Virus record (IMG/VR): IMGVR_UViG_3300031963_011487
Direction: 5' to 3' (one strand)
Origin: an uncultured virus (IMG/VR IMGVR_UViG_3300031963_011487)
Taxonomy: Duplodnaviria > Heunggongvirae > Uroviricota > Caudoviricetes
Length of the DNA stretch: 64,000 bases
The notes beneath the pieces are model-generated. The model did not search any database, was not told the DNA's origin, and was given only the letters and a program-made list of their open reading frames with translations. This document shows, piece by piece, positions 61,284 through 64,000 of this stretch. Both the position numbers and the translations under genes were made by a program. Each line of letters starts with the position of its first letter. The stretch's first letter is position 1.

Positions 61284-61745
61284 ATGCCAAGATTCGTTTC
61301 TGCAAGAGATTATCAATTTTTTCAACATATCAACCGAGAAATCGTAGTTGATGTTATTGACGTTGAAGTCATATTATATAAAATAATAAATGATGTAGTC
61401 AACGTAAACATATACGGGGAATCAACTGAAAAAACATATTACAAAGGCATTAGTTTGAATGGATTAATTAAATACCCAAAAAAGACTGCAGCAACTGACG
61501 ATGGATTTGGATATGATATTACCCAAAAAAACGTTGAATTTAGGTTTGTAAGACAAATATTACAAGATGTAAATGTATATCCTGATGTTGGAGATATCAT
61601 CAAATATAATGAAAATTATTATACAATTGATAATATTAACGAGGCACAACTAATTGCCGGTAGACCAGAATATAATCAAGCCATTATATGCCAATCGCAC
61701 TTAACTCGTAAAAGTAATATTAATCTTGAGGATACGCATATATGA
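61284..61745 (+). CDS. Head closure / neck protein (gp14-like)
   Basis: NIYGES, PDVGDII..YY.I; position after the gp13-like gene. Confidence 0.65.
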   Translation: MPRFVSARDYQFFQHINREIVVDVIDVEVILYKIINDVVNVNIYGESTEKTYYKGISLNGLIKYPKKTAATDDGFGYDITQKNVEFRFVRQILQDVNVYPDVGDIIKYNENYYTIDNINEAQLIAGRPEYNQAIICQSHLTRKSNINLEDTHI

Positions 61746-62536
61746 ACCGTCCAACATTTGACGTAAACAATTCTACAGTACGTAACAGATATAATCGTGG
61801 GTTTGATACAAAACACGAACCGGGAGTGAGTAAACAAGTTGAGATTGGATTACAAACAATAGATACTGCAATATTACGGTATCTGCAAAATAATATAAAA
61901 CCAGTGGTGTCACAACAAGGTAAACAAATACCCGTTCCAGTCATATATGGAAATCCAGAACGATGGAAAAGTGCACAACAAGATGGAGCGTTGCGAGATA
62001 AGAACGGGATGATTATGTTACCTATCATGATGATTGCACGAACAGGACTAAAAGAAAATAGCATCAATAATCCAACAAACAAATATCAAACATATACATT
62101 TAAAACCGGATGGAACTCAAGAAATATTTATGACAGGTTTGCGTTAGTAAATGGCATAACTCCTAGTCAGGTGTATCACTCATCGGTCATGCCAGATTTT
62201 TATGATATAACATATGAAGGGGTTGTGTGGACAGAATTCACAGAACAAATGAATAAAGTAATAGAAAATTTGTCGTTTGAAAGCAACGAATATTGGGGCG
62301 AGATAAATAACTATAAATTTATTTCAAAGATTGGTCAATTTGAAAATACGGTTCAATTACCGGCGGATAGTTCACGATTGGTCAGAAGTAAATTTACCGT
62401 TGACGTAAAAGCATATATACTTCCACAGAGTACGTTAGATAAAAACGGCAACCGAGAACAAACCACAAAACTGCAATACTCGCCAAAAAAGGTTGTATTT
62501 GACACCGAAGTCATCACGGGTCCAATAAATAAATGA
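61742..62536 (+). CDS. Tail terminator / sheath stabiliser (gp15-like)
   Basis: IPVPVIYGNPERW, LPIM, EQMNKVIE. Confidence 0.7.
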   Translation: MNRPTFDVNNSTVRNRYNRGFDTKHEPGVSKQVEIGLQTIDTAILRYLQNNIKPVVSQQGKQIPVPVIYGNPERWKSAQQDGALRDKNGMIMLPIMMIARTGLKENSINNPTNKYQTYTFKTGWNSRNIYDRFALVNGITPSQVYHSSVMPDFYDITYEGVVWTEFTEQMNKVIENLSFESNEYWGEINNYKFISKIGQFENTVQLPADSSRLVRSKFTVDVKAYILPQSTLDKNGNREQTTKLQYSPKKVVFDTEVITGPINK

Positions 62537-62557
62537 TATTTTGAGATTTGTTTTGTA

Positions 62558-62564
62558 TATTTAT
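62558..62564 (+). promoter_or_regulatory. Putative late promoter TATTTAT
   Basis: Intergenic, upstream of the sheath operon; same TATTTATGATAT context as 5042. Confidence 0.55.
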
Positions 62565-62595
62565 GATATGTATAGAACTTTAAAAGAGAGTGTTT

Positions 62596-62856
62596 ATGAA
62601 AAAGGTTTTGGATGAAGAATTACAAGAATTGAAGAGTCTTCGGGAAACATACTTGGAAATAATAACCACACTGGGTGAACTTCATTTAAGTAAAAAAATA
62701 CTAGAAAATAATCTAAAAGAGTTATCCCTACTTGTTGAAACGCAAGAAAATCGGTTTACAGAATTCCAAGAAAAAGAAAGGGTTTTATACGAAAAGTTGC
62801 AGCAAAAATATGGAACCGGTGATATTGATTTTGATACCGGAGAAATAACAGAATAA
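62596..62856 (+). CDS. Small coiled-coil hypothetical protein
   Basis: Ends KYGTGDIDFDTGEITE. Confidence 0.72.
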   Translation: MKKVLDEELQELKSLRETYLEIITTLGELHLSKKILENNLKELSLLVETQENRFTEFQEKERVLYEKLQQKYGTGDIDFDTGEITE

Positions 62857-62879
62857 TATAACCCATTTGGAGGATTCGT

Positions 62880-64000
62880 ATGGCAAATGAAAGAATTGTT
62901 TCCCCTGGAGTTTTCACACGGGAAAGAGACTTAAGTTTCTTAACCCAGGGTATCAGTGAAATTGGGGGCGCATTTATTGGACCAACACCAAAGGGTCCAG
63001 CATTTATCCCGACAATTGTAAGAAGTCAACAAGAATATGTTACCCGTTTTGGTGAAGCCGATGCAAATCACTACACAGGGTTAACGGTAAAAAATTATCT
63101 ACGTGAATCTGGTGTAGCAACCATCGTTCGTGTTCTTGGAACGGAAGGATACAGTAATACAACCACAATCCCCGCACTTGTTTATGTGTCAGGATCCGGT
63201 GGAAATAAATTATTTGCAGTTATCCACCCAAGTAGTACTGGGAATACAATCAACAGTGTTACTGCAACTGGATCTGGAACTAGTTTCACATTATCGGTAG
63301 ATACTGCAGCAGGAACGGATATTTCAAACCAATCAGGATTGAGTGTCAATCCTGATTCAAATGGATATCTAGGAAATTTACTGGGATACAGTCCCGTTAC
63401 AACGAAAAACTCCTATATCTACGCAATATTCCCAGATGCAGTTACAGAAGTAGGATCATACGGTACTATAGGGGGATTATCAGTTGCATCACAATCATTG
63501 AATGCAAGTGACGTTCCGGCTGGTGTTTCTACGGGAAGTCTTGTTAAGTATGTTATACCAACTACATCATTTTCCAATCTAGATACTACTAAGTTATCTA
63601 GCGTAGCTGTTACTGGATCTGGTGTAAATTTTGCCTCATTGTTACTAACACAATATACGGCAACGTCTGCATCAAATATCATGTTTATCGTAAGTTCAAG
63701 TTCAACGGGAACACTTACGACAGTAACCACATATCCAAAAACATCAACTGGGGTATTTCAAGATGTTATAGTATCCGCAACTACGTCCAGTACGGCATTA
63801 AACTTTCTTGATGCGGGATATTCTAACGCACATACACCTTGGATTCAATCACAAACAATTGCAAATTTAAATGTTGATCTATTTAAACTTCATACATTGG
63901 GTGATGGAAACAGTGCAAACAGAGAAATTAAAGTATCCTTGTTAAACATGAAACCAAGTAGCGATGTTGAATATGCGTGGGGAACATTTTCTCTTGTAAT
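62880..64000 (+). CDS. Tail sheath protein (gp18-like), 3'-partial
   Basis: GGAGG SD; MANERIVSPGVFTRERDLS...AFIGPTPKGP...RFG; frame runs off the end of the window. Confidence 0.92.
   Translation, partial: MANERIVSPGVFTRERDLSFLTQGISEIGGAFIGPTPKGPAFIPTIVRSQQEYVTRFGEADANHYTGLTVKNYLRESGVATIVRVLGTEGYSNTTTIPALVYVSGSGGNKLFAVIHPSSTGNTINSVTATGSGTSFTLSVDTAAGTDISNQSGLSVNPDSNGYLGNLLGYSPVTTKNSYIYAIFPDAVTEVGSYGTIGGLSVASQSLNASDVPAGVSTGSLVKYVIPTTSFSNLDTTKLSSVAVTGSGVNFASLLLTQYTATSASNIMFIVSSSSTGTLTTVTTYPKTSTGVFQDVIVSATTSSTALNFLDAGYSNAHTPWIQSQTIANLNVDLFKLHTLGDGNSANREIKVSLLNMKPSSDVEYAWGTFSLV

Noticed and set aside
1..64000. Stop-codon reassignment, as in some large phages
   Set aside because: Conserved genes are full-length in the standard code, and TAA, TGA and TAG (e.g. 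gp25-like gene at 8497) all end genes.
1..64000. tRNA or rRNA genes
   Set aside because: Intergenic gaps are short and AT-rich, and no cloverleaf or T-loop pattern was seen. A tRNAscan run would confirm.

Overview
A 64 kb segment of a large T4-like (myovirus) phage genome. All credible genes are on the + strand and read in the standard bacterial code. Gene order: an early/auxiliary block (UvsE, GT2, IMPDH/GMPR, lysozyme-like protein, gp55-like late sigma factor); baseplate genes (gp5-, gp25- and gp6-like, a 937 aa Cys-repeat protein, a 1566 aa wedge-like protein); a free-standing homing endonuclease; resolvase, primase and an Mre11-Rad50 fusion; a 2861 aa tail fibre with an S74 chaperone and a probable adhesin; a 1311 aa multi-enzyme protein; terminase; a cluster of small genes with a shared N-terminal leader; portal; prohead protease; a phage-encoded ribosomal protein bS21; scaffold; major capsid protein; neck proteins; tail terminator; and the start of the tail sheath. 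The most interesting signals are: (1) a capsid-targeting-like leader shared by about ten genes, plus polyprotein-like cargo with E-terminated module boundaries; (2) a TATTTAT(A/G) late-promoter candidate that in three places sits in the 5' arm of a hairpin covering a ribosome-binding region; (3) a synonymously recoded gene end next to the homing endonuclease; (4) bS21 together with strong SD motifs and sigma70-type promoters; (5) a visible tandem-duplication junction. All family assignments come from recognising motifs by eye; no database searches were run.
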